Assembly (NCBI GenBank): GCA_965218585.1
Contig: CBDCLE010000017.1
Coordinates: forward strand, 205,346-269,345
Direction: 5' to 3'
DNA: 64,000 nucleotides
Source of the DNA: Terriglobia bacterium
GTDB lineage: Bacteria; Acidobacteriota; Terriglobia; 20CM-2-55-15
Position numbers and translations under genes: made by a program. The notes under the pieces are model-generated. The model saw only the letters and a program-made list of their open reading frames with translations. It was not told where the DNA came from and made no database searches. Positions 9,207 through 19,773 of this stretch are shown here, piece by piece; within the stretch, counting starts at the first letter, position 1, and each line of letters starts with the position of its first letter.

Positions 9207-9321
9207 GTACTATACGTTCATGTTAAACAAGTCGGTCTGTTTCTCACGAAGTTGAGGCCACCGCCCTGGAACTATCTAGACACTTCCCGTCTGATATCGT
9301 CCAATGGACCTGTGAGGACCA

Positions 9322-10320
9322 ATGATGGAAGTGATGCGCGCTTTCGTGATCAAAGAGCCTGGAGGGCCGGAAAAGCTCGAACTCCGAGAGGTGGCCCGAC
9401 CATTGCCTCGGGACGGGTGGGTCTTGATTCGCAACCGGGCATTCGGGCTGAACCGGTCAGAGTGGTTCACACGACGGGGGGAGTCGCCCTCGGTTGAATT
9501 TCCCCGTGTGCTCGGCATCGAATGTGTAGGTGAGGTGGTCGCCGCGCCAGGAAGCGACCTGACCGCTGGTTTCCGTGTCGCGGCCATGATGGGCGGGATG
9601 GGGCGACAGTTCGACGGTTCCTATGCCGAGTATGTTCTCGTGCCGCGGCAACATGTGTTCCCGTTGAAGACGAACCTGGACTGGAAAATCCTAGGAGCGC
9701 TGCCTGAGATGCTACAGACGGTGCATGGATCCCTCCACACCGGCCTTGAAATTGAAAGGGCGCAGAACCTCCTCGTGCGCGGAGCCACATCGTCGATTGG
9801 CTTCGCGGCTATGGCTCTGGCGAAATTGGCAGGCCTTGAGGTCACGGCGACTACCCGACACACAACCAAGGTCGACGAGCTCAGGGCCTCCGGAGCTACC
9901 CACGTGCTCGTGGACGATGAATCCATAGCGCACAAAGCCCGAGCCATTTACCCAGAAGGTGTCGACCGGGTCCTCGAACTCGTCGGGGCCACAACACTGC
10001 TGAATTCTTTGCAGGCCGTGCGACGGGGCGGCATCGTGTGCATGACGGGCATTCTTGGCGGCAAGTGGGTTCTATCGGAGTTTCGCCCCATGGAAGACGT
10101 GCCGACCGGCGTAAAATTCACCTCATACAGCGGTGAGTCGTCCGACATCGCATGCGCGCAGCTTCAAGAATACGTCTCTCTCGTGGAGTCCGGTGATCTA
10201 ACGCTGAAGCTCGGCCCGACCTTCCCTTTCGAAAGGCTCCGTGAAGCGCACACCATGATGGACGAGAACCGGGCCCAAGGTAAGATCGTGATAGCGGCGT
10301 CTGACCGTGGTGGCAAGTAA
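9322..10320 (+). CDS. Medium-chain (zinc-binding-like) NADPH:quinone oxidoreductase family protein
   Basis: FGLNRSE, PRVLGIECVG, DGSYAEY, RGATSSIG, GKIV motifs. Confidence 0.85.
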   Translation: MMEVMRAFVIKEPGGPEKLELREVARPLPRDGWVLIRNRAFGLNRSEWFTRRGESPSVEFPRVLGIECVGEVVAAPGSDLTAGFRVAAMMGGMGRQFDGSYAEYVLVPRQHVFPLKTNLDWKILGALPEMLQTVHGSLHTGLEIERAQNLLVRGATSSIGFAAMALAKLAGLEVTATTRHTTKVDELRASGATHVLVDDESIAHKARAIYPEGVDRVLELVGATTLLNSLQAVRRGGIVCMTGILGGKWVLSEFRPMEDVPTGVKFTSYSGESSDIACAQLQEYVSLVESGDLTLKLGPTFPFERLREAHTMMDENRAQGKIVIAASDRGGK

Positions 10321-10943
10321 GCTACTTGGATGTAAGACCGGCTTGCCGGACAAGCGACAAATGCTCTAACGTTCACTCAAGCTACACCAACCTGCATCGG
10401 TCGCCGAGGTGTCCACGTGAGCACAACATCTGGTTGACAGTGCCCATACGCGGCACAATGATGACCACTATCAAAGGAGTAGATCATGTGGGTAGGAGAC
10501 AAGCGATTCCTTGACCTCCCGCTGGGACCGTTCAGAATCTCTGACGGATCGGGAACGCGTCGGGCGGCAACCTTCCGCGGCGTGCTCGGTGGCATATGTG
10601 TAGGCCTTCTCTGCGCCACAACCGCTCTCGGTCAGGCCTCGCTGGGTGAGCTCAACGCATCGATTGCCCAACTCGCGGAAGAGGTCCTGCCAGGCGTGGT
10701 CCAGATCGAGAGCAACTCTTACGCCCCGATTCTTGGTGCCGGAAATTCCGCTCCAGTCTCATTACAGCCAAGCACCGGATCCGGAGTGATCCTGAGCGAG
10801 GATGGCTTCATCGTTACAAATGCCCACGTGGTGTCGGGTGCTACCCAGATCCAGGTGCAGCTTGCCTCGTTCGACGGGTCTCCCGGCCGGAGTGTGTTAC
10901 GCCGCCAAGGAAAGAGACTCAAAGCTGAGATCGTCGGGATCGA

Positions 10944-12308
10944 GAGGTCGTTCCAATCGGTGTGTAAAAAGAGAAGGCGGTGTACGCTTTCAGTGAATTC
11001 GAAACCGTAAGCAATCCCGGCAGCAATCGGGAGAAAGGTACACCACCCATGAAGAAGAAGAACATACCGGCATCAGTGGCGTCAACGAACGCGTATGAAG
11101 GTTTGGAGGACTGGGCGCGATCCCGGGTCCAAGTCTGGCTACAGGAGCTGCTCGAGGACGAAGTCACTCAATTTCTGGGTCGGGAAAAGTTGGAGCGGAG
11201 TCCGAATCGACGAGGATACCGGAACGGTCACGGGAAGCCGCGACGCTTCGCAATGATGAACGGTACGATGGAGGTTCGACGACCTCGGGTTCGAAACACC
11301 GCCGAGCGGTTCGAGAGTCAGATCCTGCCGTATTTTCGACGGAAATCGAAACAGCTGGGCGAGCTACTTCCCGATCTCTACCTCCACGGTCTGGCCACAG
11401 GGGACTTCGAGCAGGCCATGCGCGGACTGCTTGGCGCTGGCGCTCCGTTGTCGCGAGCATCGATCCAACGACTGAAATCGACCTGGCAGTTGGAGTATGA
11501 CGAGTGGGTCCAGCAGGACCTGTCCGGCCTCGAGGTCGTGTACCAGTGGGCAGACGGCTTGTACGTGAAAGCGGGGATCGCGAAAGAGCGAGCGGCATTG
11601 CTGGTGATCATCGGAGCCTTGTCAGACGGGCGCAAAGTGGTGTTGGCCTGTGAGAGCGGGCAGCGGGAAAGCAAGGAGTCCTGGAGCCGCATTCTGCGCA
11701 ATCTCCAGAGACGGGGCCTGAAGCTGGGACGGCTGACTGTCGCGGACGGTCACCTGGGCATCTGGTCCGCGCTGGCCGAGCAACAGCCCCAGGGCCAGGA
11801 ACAACGCTGCTGGAACCACAAGTCGATCAACGTGGTCGATCATCTGCCGAAGACCGAGCAGCCCGCGGCCAGACAGCTGCTTCATGGGATGGCCTTCGCG
11901 AACTCCCGCGCGGCCTGCGAACGAAAGCGGGATCAGTTCGTCCGCCGATATGAGAAGAACTATCCCAAAGCGGGTGAGACGCTGTTGCGGGACTGGGACC
12001 GGATGATTACTTTCTATGAGTTCCCGAAACAACACTGGGTGCATCTGAGAACGACCAACATCGTCGAATCGCCCTTCGACATGGTTCGTCTCCGCACCAA
12101 CGCCGCTCGCCGATTCAAGCGTGTCGAGAATGCAACGGCAATGATCTGGAAGCTACTACGTGTCGCTGAGAAGGCTTGGCGACACTTAAAAGGATCCGAA
12201 CTCTTACAAGAGGTCTATGATGGTCAGCAATTCGCTGACGGCATCAGAGTCGTGATGAAATCGAAGGCCGCCGCCTGATGACTTTTACACACCTTTTGTA
12301 ATGACCTC
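10944..12308 (+). mobile_element. IS256-family insertion sequence (complete copy)
   Basis: IRs GAGGTCGTTCCAATCGGTGTGTAAAA / TTTTACACACCTTTTGTAATGACCTC; 8-bp target duplication GGGATCGA. Confidence 0.93.
11049..12278 (+). CDS. IS256-family (mutator-type) transposase
   Basis: GYRNG, LYLHGLATGD, WADGLY, QRCWNHK, HLRTTNIVES. Confidence 0.93.
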   Translation: MKKKNIPASVASTNAYEGLEDWARSRVQVWLQELLEDEVTQFLGREKLERSPNRRGYRNGHGKPRRFAMMNGTMEVRRPRVRNTAERFESQILPYFRRKSKQLGELLPDLYLHGLATGDFEQAMRGLLGAGAPLSRASIQRLKSTWQLEYDEWVQQDLSGLEVVYQWADGLYVKAGIAKERAALLVIIGALSDGRKVVLACESGQRESKESWSRILRNLQRRGLKLGRLTVADGHLGIWSALAEQQPQGQEQRCWNHKSINVVDHLPKTEQPAARQLLHGMAFANSRAACERKRDQFVRRYEKNYPKAGETLLRDWDRMITFYEFPKQHWVHLRTTNIVESPFDMVRLRTNAARRFKRVENATAMIWKLLRVAEKAWRHLKGSELLQEVYDGQQFADGIRVVMKSKAAA

Positions 12309-13422
12309 GGGATCGACATGGAAACAGACCTGGCTCTGATCAAGGTTGAATCGACGGGCCTGCCGGCTCTGGAGTTGGCGGATTCCGAACAGGTCCGGCA
12401 GGGGCAGTTGGTTCTCGCGTTCGGCAGTCCCCTGGGATTGGAGAACTCAGTCAGTATGGGCATCGTCAGCTCCGTGGCCCGGCAGCTCGAACCAGAAAGC
12501 CCTATGATCTACATGCAAACGGACGCACCGATTAACCCCGGCAATAGCGGTGGACCGCTGGTTGACGTCGAGGGGCGGGTCGTTGGCATTAACAGCATGA
12601 TCGTCTCACCGTCCGGAGCGAGCTCGGGTTTGGGGTTTGCGGTGCCGAGTAACATCGTCGCTTCGATTGTCGAACAATTGCGTGAGTACGGAGTATTCAC
12701 TCGCGGAGAAATCGGAATCCAGGCTCAGACGATCACACCCGAATTGGCTGCGGGTCTGGGCCTTGATCGCGATGCTGGGGTTGTTCTCTCCGATGTGTAC
12801 GTAGGAGGACCGGCGTACAACGCGGGAGTATTAATAGGCGATATCGTGCTGAGTCTGAACGGAAAGCCGATGGAAAACGCCAGACAGCTCATGGTCAATC
12901 TGTACGGGCAGTTGCCAAGTCGATCGGCGAGTCTGGAGGTGTTGCGTAACGGTGAAAGGTTAAGCCGCTCTGTCATCGTGCGGGCTCGCAGTGACGAACC
13001 GCAGAGCGTCGTACGATTCATCGACATGGAACAGCGTCTGGTATCGCGGCTTGGGATCCTGGCGGTTCCAGTGGACAACACTGTGCGGGGGCTGCTCCCT
13101 GTTCTTCGGATGCCTGACGGAATATTGGTAACGGACCTGGCGCTTTCTGCTGACGCACCCCGGGGATTGTTCGCGCCCGGCGACATTCTCTTTACTTTGA
13201 ACGGACAGGTATTGCGCTCTGTTGCCGATCTGGAAATGACTCTCAGCAGACAACCGCCCGGAGAGTCTCTGGTTTTTCAAGTTGAACGCAGAGGAAGACT
13301 TTCCTTTGTGGTTGTTCAACTCTACTGAGTCTGGGCGGCCGTCCCATGCTCTAGCGAACGACTAACAGACGGGGCAGAAGTCGGCTCTTCGGGCAGTGGA
13401 GATATAGCTAACCGGATCACTT

Positions 13423-13439
13423 GGACGTATAACCGGCTA
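13423..13439 (+). repeat. 17-bp direct repeat, copy 1 (GGACGTATAACCGGCTA)
   Basis: Identical copy at 16736-16752. Confidence 0.7.
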
Positions 13440-13457
13440 ACCGGACAAATGGTGACG

Positions 13458-13871
13458 TTACTCCCCATAAACGTTTCCGCAAGCTAGGACTCTTTCTGTC
13501 GATCCGAGCCACTTGCGAGCCTCGACGGTGTCTCGGAAGACTCTCAGTTCTAGGCCCTCTTTTTCGGCAAAAGCCGAAAGCATTCTAGCCAACCCGAATC
13601 TAAGATCCGCTGAAACAACCCATGCGGCACGCTTGGCGATGGGGATCGGCAACGAGGCCAGGAACTTGGCAAAGGAGCGGAGCTCGTCGGACGAAAAGAC
13701 TGCTTCCGAGCGACGAATGTCCATATGAAGACAGCAATCTCGGATGCTTGTCGACTCCTTAAGCCCCGCTGAGATTGCTGCCTGTACCTCAGCAAGGCTG
13801 TACTTGCCCTCAGCAACAATGAAGAGGGTTTCACCTTCCTGAATCCGTGATAGGCGAACCGGTTCGTACAT
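13458..13871 (-). CDS. Hypothetical protein, SpoIIAA/STAS-like
   Basis: 137-aa ORF with GGAGG SD; KRAAWVVS..RFGLARM..LRVFRD.EARKWL pattern. Confidence 0.6.
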   Translation of the reverse strand: MYEPVRLSRIQEGETLFIVAEGKYSLAEVQAAISAGLKESTSIRDCCLHMDIRRSEAVFSSDELRSFAKFLASLPIPIAKRAAWVVSADLRFGLARMLSAFAEKEGLELRVFRDTVEARKWLGSTERVLACGNVYGE

Positions 13872-14016
13872 TTCTTACCTCCGATGGGAGAAGTCCGTTC
13901 CTTTCCCGACGTGTTTCGATCCCTGTGCGTTACTTCAGTCGTTAGCGACCTCCTTGTCGGCAAAGGTAGGAGGCCGCGATCAGAGCGGCAGCCGTCCACG
14001 ACATCCCCGCTACACC

Positions 14017-14412
14017 CTAGGCGTGCAGATGGAAGACCTTGTTCATAATCTTCCACCCCCCGTCGACTCTTAGCAGTGTGAATAAGTCGGTGAACCGGTA
14101 ACCGGTCCAGTTGTCGAGTTCAAGCCGCACGGTGGCGACTGTGTCAACTAGGTCGATGCTAGCGATCCGTGCTTGGAGCCCGGCAGCTGGACCGTTCTCG
14201 TCATTCCAGTCAAAGAGCTGCTGGATGGGGCCGGCGAACAGGTCGGCACCGACATAACCGAAGATTGTCGCGTCCCTGTGGAACGCTGGTTTCATGTCGT
14301 CGCCTTTCCCGGACTTTGCGCCATCGATGTAATGCTGGATGACCGCGGCGATCTGGTCATGCTGTGTCTCCGTTTCTGTACCCACGTGGTTTGTTTCGTT
14401 ACTGAGTGCCAT
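14017..14412 (-). CDS. NTF2-like / putative lumazine-binding protein
   Basis: HYIDGAKSG...AFHRDA...FTDLFTLLRVDGGWKIMNKVFH. Confidence 0.8.
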   Translation of the reverse strand: MALSNETNHVGTETETQHDQIAAVIQHYIDGAKSGKGDDMKPAFHRDATIFGYVGADLFAGPIQQLFDWNDENGPAAGLQARIASIDLVDTVATVRLELDNWTGYRFTDLFTLLRVDGGWKIMNKVFHLHA

Positions 14413-14653
14413 ACTGTCTCCTTTTTTTCGAATTGGTGAGTGTCTCGCACTACGTCCTCAAACCGCGGTACAACTCCGGCGTTCGCAGTGCGAGTCCATA
14501 AAGTGAACAATCGGTCGTCAGGGCGTGTATCGGTCCAGCAGGTCCGTGATCGTCCGCCTGGCCTGACGAGGTAATTCCTTGCTCATTGTTTCTCTCTCCT
14601 TCGTGGTCATGGTTGTGAGCGCCTTCGGGACGGGTGCTCCCGATCATCACGTG

Positions 14654-15640
14654 TCAATGACGCACTGGTTCTAAGTACGCCTTCTGGAGATTCCATTTAT
14701 GTAGACCGGCGATGAATGGCCGTGCTGCTGCTAACCCCGGAGGAAGTTCGTACCCGGGTCCCAGATCGTGCTCTAGCAGGGTCACCAGTGAAGAGCCAGA
14801 CCGGTGCGCACTGCGTACTAGCTCGATCAACTCTGCGAGATAGCGGACATAGCGTCCAAAGATCGCGGTCGTGGTTGGGATGCCGTGACCGGGTATGATC
14901 GTCTGAACTTCCAAGGTGGCTGCGAATCGGGAGATCGTTTCCAGGTATGCTCCCGGCTGCCCCTCGATCAGCAAAGGAATGGTTCCTTCGCCGATTACAA
15001 GGTTCCCGGTCCACGCGGTCTGGGTCTGCGGCTCGTAGACCACGGTGTCACCGGCCGTGTTTCCCGGACCAAAGTGGTGGACGTCGGCGTATCGACCGCC
15101 CAGATCCAGCCGGATGTGATCTTCAAACTCCAAGTCCGGTAGACGGAGCTCAACTCCCTCAAAGACTGCGGCATCATCATTGACTGTCGGTAGCAGGAAG
15201 GTACGTTCGAATTCGAAGCGCTGCATATGCCGCGCCGTTTCGCGGTGGGCAACGATGATCGTCTCGGACGGAAAGGCGTAATTTCCGAACGTGTGATCGC
15301 CATGATAGTTGGTGTTGATCAGGTAGAGGATCGGCTTTTGCGTCACCCGACCGACGGCATCCTGAATCTGTTGGGCCATATTGCCGTTGATATGGGCATC
15401 AATGACCAGGACTCCCTGCTCGCCGACTATGAACCCGCTGTTATCGACTCCGGGGTGATTGGAGAGCAGGGCGTAGACGTCGCTTCCGAGCGGCCGGGTT
15501 ACGAGCGTGATGCCTTCCGGGTGGAGCGGCGGGGAGATAAACCCCGCCGGGCTATCCAAATTCAGGGGGCGTTGCTCCGCCGACGCAGGCAGGAGCAGTA
15601 CGACGAGAACCATTGCTACGATTGCTGTTTTCAGTTTCAC
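14654..15640 (-). CDS. Secreted MBL-fold metallo-hydrolase (cyclase-like) with altered metal ligands
   Basis: Signal peptide; NTNYHGDH, GNTAGD, WTGNL, IPGHG motifs. Confidence 0.8.
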   Translation of the reverse strand: MKLKTAIVAMVLVVLLLPASAEQRPLNLDSPAGFISPPLHPEGITLVTRPLGSDVYALLSNHPGVDNSGFIVGEQGVLVIDAHINGNMAQQIQDAVGRVTQKPILYLINTNYHGDHTFGNYAFPSETIIVAHRETARHMQRFEFERTFLLPTVNDDAAVFEGVELRLPDLEFEDHIRLDLGGRYADVHHFGPGNTAGDTVVYEPQTQTAWTGNLVIGEGTIPLLIEGQPGAYLETISRFAATLEVQTIIPGHGIPTTTAIFGRYVRYLAELIELVRSAHRSGSSLVTLLEHDLGPGYELPPGLAAARPFIAGLHKWNLQKAYLEPVRH

Positions 15641-15764
15641 TTTTCTATCTCCTTCAATGTTTTAGGTGTTGACGTATCGTTCCGTTCCAAAGAACAAAGA
15701 CTTTGACGCGGATCCTTACCCTAATTTGTGTGTCAAAGCTGACATTGTGTTTAGCTCCTTGTTA

Positions 15765-15783
15765 TAGAATGAACGTTCCAAAA
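15765..15783. promoter_or_regulatory. Putative TetR operator upstream of the MBL gene
   Basis: TAGAATGAACGTTCCAAAA resembles TTGACTGATCGTTCCAAAA (minus strand, 16407-16425) upstream of tetR. Confidence 0.55.
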
Positions 15784-15804
15784 CTAGTCAAAAAATATAT
15801 GCGC

Positions 15805-16389
15805 TTACTTCAGTGCTGAAACTGCGATGTCGACGACGTCTTGCAGTTCCCTTCGGCTGTGGGCCGACTTGCCCAAGACCATCAATCCTTGGATCGTCGC
15901 GATCACGAATCGAGTTTGGGCGCGCGTGTTCGTGCGCGGTGGAAGTTCGTCCGCTTTCACAGCGCGGTCCAGCGTTTCACGGACCAGGTTGCCGATCTGC
16001 CGAAACACTCCCTTTAGCGTTTTCGCCACCATAGGATCCCGGGGTGATAACTCGACGGCGCAGTTTGTGACCATGCAACCCCACTGATGGCCGTCGCTGG
16101 CGAGCGTCGCAACCTCATTGAGCATGGTTCGGACGTTTCCCAAAGGGGAACCGGGTGCTTTGAGCACCGTCTTCCATCGCTTGCTAAGCCCAGTGACGTA
16201 ATGATCGAACGCTGCCTCGAACAGCGCGTGTTTGTCGCCGAACGTGTCGTACATGCTGCCGCGGTTGATCCCCATCGCGTTGAGCAGGTCCTGGACACTG
16301 GTGGCATCGTAGCCTTTAGCCCAGAAGGTTTCCATGGCCTTCCCCAGAGCCTCTTCCCGCTCAAACTGTCTTGGTCTTCCGACTACCAT
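15805..16389 (-). CDS. TetR/AcrR family regulator (ComR/NemR-like)
   Basis: GRPRQFER..FWAKGYDATSVQDL..MGINRGSMYDTFGDK; C-terminal GCMVTN. Confidence 0.9.
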   Translation of the reverse strand: MVVGRPRQFEREEALGKAMETFWAKGYDATSVQDLLNAMGINRGSMYDTFGDKHALFEAAFDHYVTGLSKRWKTVLKAPGSPLGNVRTMLNEVATLASDGHQWGCMVTNCAVELSPRDPMVAKTLKGVFRQIGNLVRETLDRAVKADELPPRTNTRAQTRFVIATIQGLMVLGKSAHSRRELQDVVDIAVSALK

Positions 16390-16406
16390 GGCCCAGAGCT
16401 TACACA

Positions 16407-16425
16407 TTTTGGAACGATCAGTCAA
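16407..16425. promoter_or_regulatory. Putative TetR autoregulatory operator
   Basis: Imperfect palindrome TTTTGGAACGATCAGTCAA just upstream of the tetR start. Confidence 0.5.
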
Positions 16426-16735
16426 CAACTATCTGACAAGCTTCTAAGCAATGAGGTGGCACCTCAAAACTGATAGACGTTCGATGCGGAGTGGATCGCA
16501 TTGAAACCATTTTCGTAGGTCAGTCTCTGCGGGCAGCCAAGCCATGCTGTTTCATTCAAGGAGATCACGAGCCCGTACTGGCTAAACGAGCGACGGCTTC
16601 GGGATCACAAGATTACGCTTATTGGAGAAAAGATCACCCGAGCCGCTACTGAAGGACCCATGAGACCAATCGGTGGCAAGGAGTAGCGAGCGAACCACTC
16701 AAATTGCAAAGTCGGCAGACCTTCCGCAGCCACAC

Positions 16736-16752
16736 GGACGTATAACCGGCTA
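16736..16752 (+). repeat. 17-bp direct repeat, copy 2
   Basis: Identical to 13423-13439. Confidence 0.7.
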
Positions 16753-16807
16753 CACGTCAAGCTCCAAAATGCCCGAGCATTTATAGGCGTTTCGAACAGT
16801 TCAGACT

Positions 16808-17505
16808 TCATCGCTTTTTAACGTCCATCTTTTTCATCCGTGACGTGAGCGTCGTCGGTTTGATGCCGAGCATCTTTGCCGCACCATCAGGTCCGTAAAC
16901 GCGCCAATTGGTCTGTTTCAGTGCCCGGAGGGTGTTCTCCCGCTCGAGGCGGCGTAAAGCGGTCTCCGTGATCACGTCCGTGGTCTCCCTTGGACCGGAC
17001 TGATTAGCCATATCAGCTGTCGATCCACCCATTGCCAGGTTCAGGTCAAACCCCTTACCACGCTGCGTGATCAGCGTTCGCTCTAGAACGTTTTCCAATT
17101 CCCGCACATTGCCGGGCCAGTCGAAGGCTTGAAGGGTTCGTACCTCATCCGCTCTCAACGCTCGGACCGGTCGATTCAATTTCCGCGACAGACGTTCCAG
17201 CCAGTGCGTGGCCAGGAGCGAGATGTCCTCTCTACGGTGCCTCAGAGGAGGGACTTCGATAGGGAAAACGTTGAGTCGATAATACAGGTCTTGCCGGAAT
17301 CGCTCCGCTTGGATCTCATGTTTGAGGTTCCGATTCGTGGCAGCTATGACTCGGACATCAATCTTATGGGTCTTTCCCTCACCCAGGCGTTCGTATTCCC
17401 CTTCTTGCAGCACGCGGAGCAACTTGCTCTGCATCTCTAGCGGGATTTCACCAACCTCATCCAGAAACAAGGTGCCTTCATCAGCAAGCTGGAACCGACC
17501 CGCTG
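16808..17505 (-). pseudogene. Sigma-54-dependent activator, C-terminal fragment
   Basis: GTLFLDEVGE, RVIAATNRNL, DLYYRLNVFPI, WPGNVREL and Fis-type HTH present; Walker A and GAFTGA absent. Confidence 0.85.
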
Positions 17506-17506
17506 A

Positions 17507-18432
17507 CCCTGTGTGTTCTTTCCGGGATCGCAACGTTTCTGGACAAGTTGAAGAGTCTTGGGATTTATGATCGTACGGCCATTGTCATTTCCGGGGATCA
17601 CGGCATCAATATTCCCCCGTATGACCAGGTACAGCCGCCTTTCAACGCGAGTCTGTCTCCTGGGCTGAACGGTTCCGCGAGGCCGGCCTTGTTGATAAAG
17701 CCGATGAACCAATCGCAGTCGCTGAGGATCAGCGACGCGCCGACAAGCCTGTTGGACGTTGCTGCTACAGCGTTAGAACTTGTTGGAATCGACAACAAGA
17801 TGTATGGGCGGTCAGCGTATTCGATCGCGGATAACCAGCCGCGGCGGCGGCTCTTCACTCCATACTCGATCGCCGATCTCTGGGGCACCGACCCGGTACC
17901 ATACGACGTTTACGAGGTGACCGGAGACGTCCGTGACGGCCGGAACTGGAAACTGACGGGGATCGTGGTCAATCGGACGGCGCCAGCGGACTACCAGGAA
18001 GTCACGTACACTTCTGCGGGACCATTTCTTCGCGGCGCGCTCATGAGCCCGGATTCCGAGAGTGACGGCAGTTGGATCACGAGTCATCAGCTCGGTTTCA
18101 TTGTCTCTCCGACAGCGGAAACCCGTGCTGTCGAGGAGTTGGCCTTGACTCTACACATCCCGGACTGGATTCAAGAACAGTCCTTTACGCTGTCGATCAA
18201 TGGTCAGATACTGGAGCGGAATATAGCCGTACCTGAAGTCCAGGATTTCTGGCAGGAGGTGGTGGTCGGAATACCGGCGGGTCGGATACAGGAGGGGGTG
18301 AACTTCGTGTCCGTTGAGTTCGAGACGGTCGGGGTTTCGCCGGATCCTCAACTGTTCAGGGCATCCGCACTAGTGAGGTCGATCGTCTTCAGGCAGAAGT
18401 CGGAGGAAGCCTCTTTGCCCGGAGGCGCCTGA
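17507..18432 (+). pseudogene. Sulfatase/alkaline-phosphatase-superfamily protein, C-terminal fragment
   Basis: FLDKLKSLGIYDRTAIVISGDHG ... TSLLDVAATAL; no start codon or N-terminal catalytic part. Confidence 0.7.
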
Positions 18433-19040
18433 CGGACGGAGAGACCGATGTTGCAGGGCAACGCCCGAGGTGGTGGAGGCCAAGGCCGCAGCGACGGTGA
18501 TAGCAGCCGATTTGCGCGGCCTAAGCAAGCTTGCGAAAGCTTCCGGCACGTGCTTTGCCGGTGGCGTAGTGCTCTATGACGGCGAGACCGCCACGCGGAT
18601 CCGCAACGGCCTTTATGCCGTGCCGATCCACTGATTGTGGAACACTTCATGCGCGCCTTCACTGCATCTGTTGTGAAAGCCCTGCCCTCGCTTTGCTTGG
18701 CAGGTCACCACGCATCTGGCAAAAGTCTGTTATCGGTGGGTTTGGGGTTTTCTCGCGGTGATGTAGATCAGCGGCGTTCTTACTGGTCCAGATCGATGGG
18801 AACGACCGGCAACGCGGACATGGAGGTCGTGCTGAGCCTAAGGCCCATAGGAATCAGGGATCCGTCATTTTCGCGCCCAACGGTGTTGTTTTTCACGTAC
18901 AGCAGAAGGCAACCTTGAAACCCACCGGAGAAGTCCCATGAAGGGAACCATTCTTGAAGCATCAGTGCCGAATGTAAAAACGTATCGCCGTACTTCTCGG
19001 CATAGCAAATCGTGTCGTGGCCCTCTGAATTCCGGAAGTC

Positions 19041-19112
19041 CTGGCCGTCTAGCCCGTCTATCAACACGTCCAGTATAGCTATGTAGCCTGTCTGGATGGC
19101 TAGCCCGTCTAA
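19041..19112. repeat. Short direct repeats upstream of parA (candidate parS/centromere)
   Basis: TAGCCCGTCTA x2, TAGCCTGTCTG and CTGGCCGTCT clustered upstream of parA2. Confidence 0.5.
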
Positions 19113-19131
19113 TATGATAGGCTTGGTAGCC

Positions 19132-19773
19132 ATGTTCACGGTTGCACTTATCAGCCGGAAGGGCGGTGCAGGGAAGACAACACTCGCGTGCGGGCTGGCC
19201 GTCGCTGGCGAACGGGCTGGGTTCGCCACTGCGCTGGTGGACCTCGACCCTCAGGGTTCGGCCTCAGCGTGGGCCAGTCTCCGCGCCACCAACACCCCTG
19301 TCGTCATCATGGGGAATGCCACCCAACTGCCTGCACTTCTTGCAGCGGCCCGTGATGCTGATGCCTCTCTAGTCCTGATCGACACCGCCCCACACTCCAC
19401 CGATGCGGCTCTCACGGCTGCCCAAGCCTCTGATTTGGTCCTCATCCCCTGCCGCGCCTCGGTCGCCGACCTGCATGCGATCGGGACCAGTATCGAAATC
19501 GCCCGCCAGGCTGGGACCGCTGCTGCTGTGGTCCTGAATGCGGCTCCGGTGCAAGGATCTCTTGTGGTCCAAGCTCGGGCCGCCATCGCCGCCTACGAGG
19601 TCAAGATGGTGCCCACAGTCCTACACCACAGGATCGGCCACGTGCATGCTTTTACCGACGGACTCTCTGCACTCGAACTCGCGCGGCCTAGCAAGGCCGG
19701 AACCGAACTTGACGCGTTATTCCACTGGGTGCATAACGGAGGATTACACCGCAATGACCAGATCCAATCTTGA
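19132..19773 (+). CDS. parA: ParA (type Ib) ATPase, copy 2
   Basis: RKGGAGKTT, DLDPQGSA, LIDTAP. Confidence 0.9.
   Translation: MFTVALISRKGGAGKTTLACGLAVAGERAGFATALVDLDPQGSASAWASLRATNTPVVIMGNATQLPALLAAARDADASLVLIDTAPHSTDAALTAAQASDLVLIPCRASVADLHAIGTSIEIARQAGTAAAVVLNAAPVQGSLVVQARAAIAAYEVKMVPTVLHHRIGHVHAFTDGLSALELARPSKAGTELDALFHWVHNGGLHRNDQIQS

Larger units (their letters stand above)
10486..13328 (+). pseudogene. htrA: HtrA/DegP-like serine protease with PDZ domains, split by IS256
   Basis: TNAHV in the 5' part; TDLA and NPGNSGGPL in the 3' part. Removing the IS and one GGGATCGA copy restores the frame ...IVGIDMETDLA. Confidence 0.88.

Noticed and set aside
14450-14650. His-rich small ORF as a peptide gene
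   Set aside because: No convincing start or family. An alternative SD+ATG near 14586 gives only a short frame, so it cannot be supported.
18780-19229. 149-aa minus-strand ORF
   Set aside because: Its 5' half is antisense to parA2; only the 3' end may be a remnant of a secreted protein.
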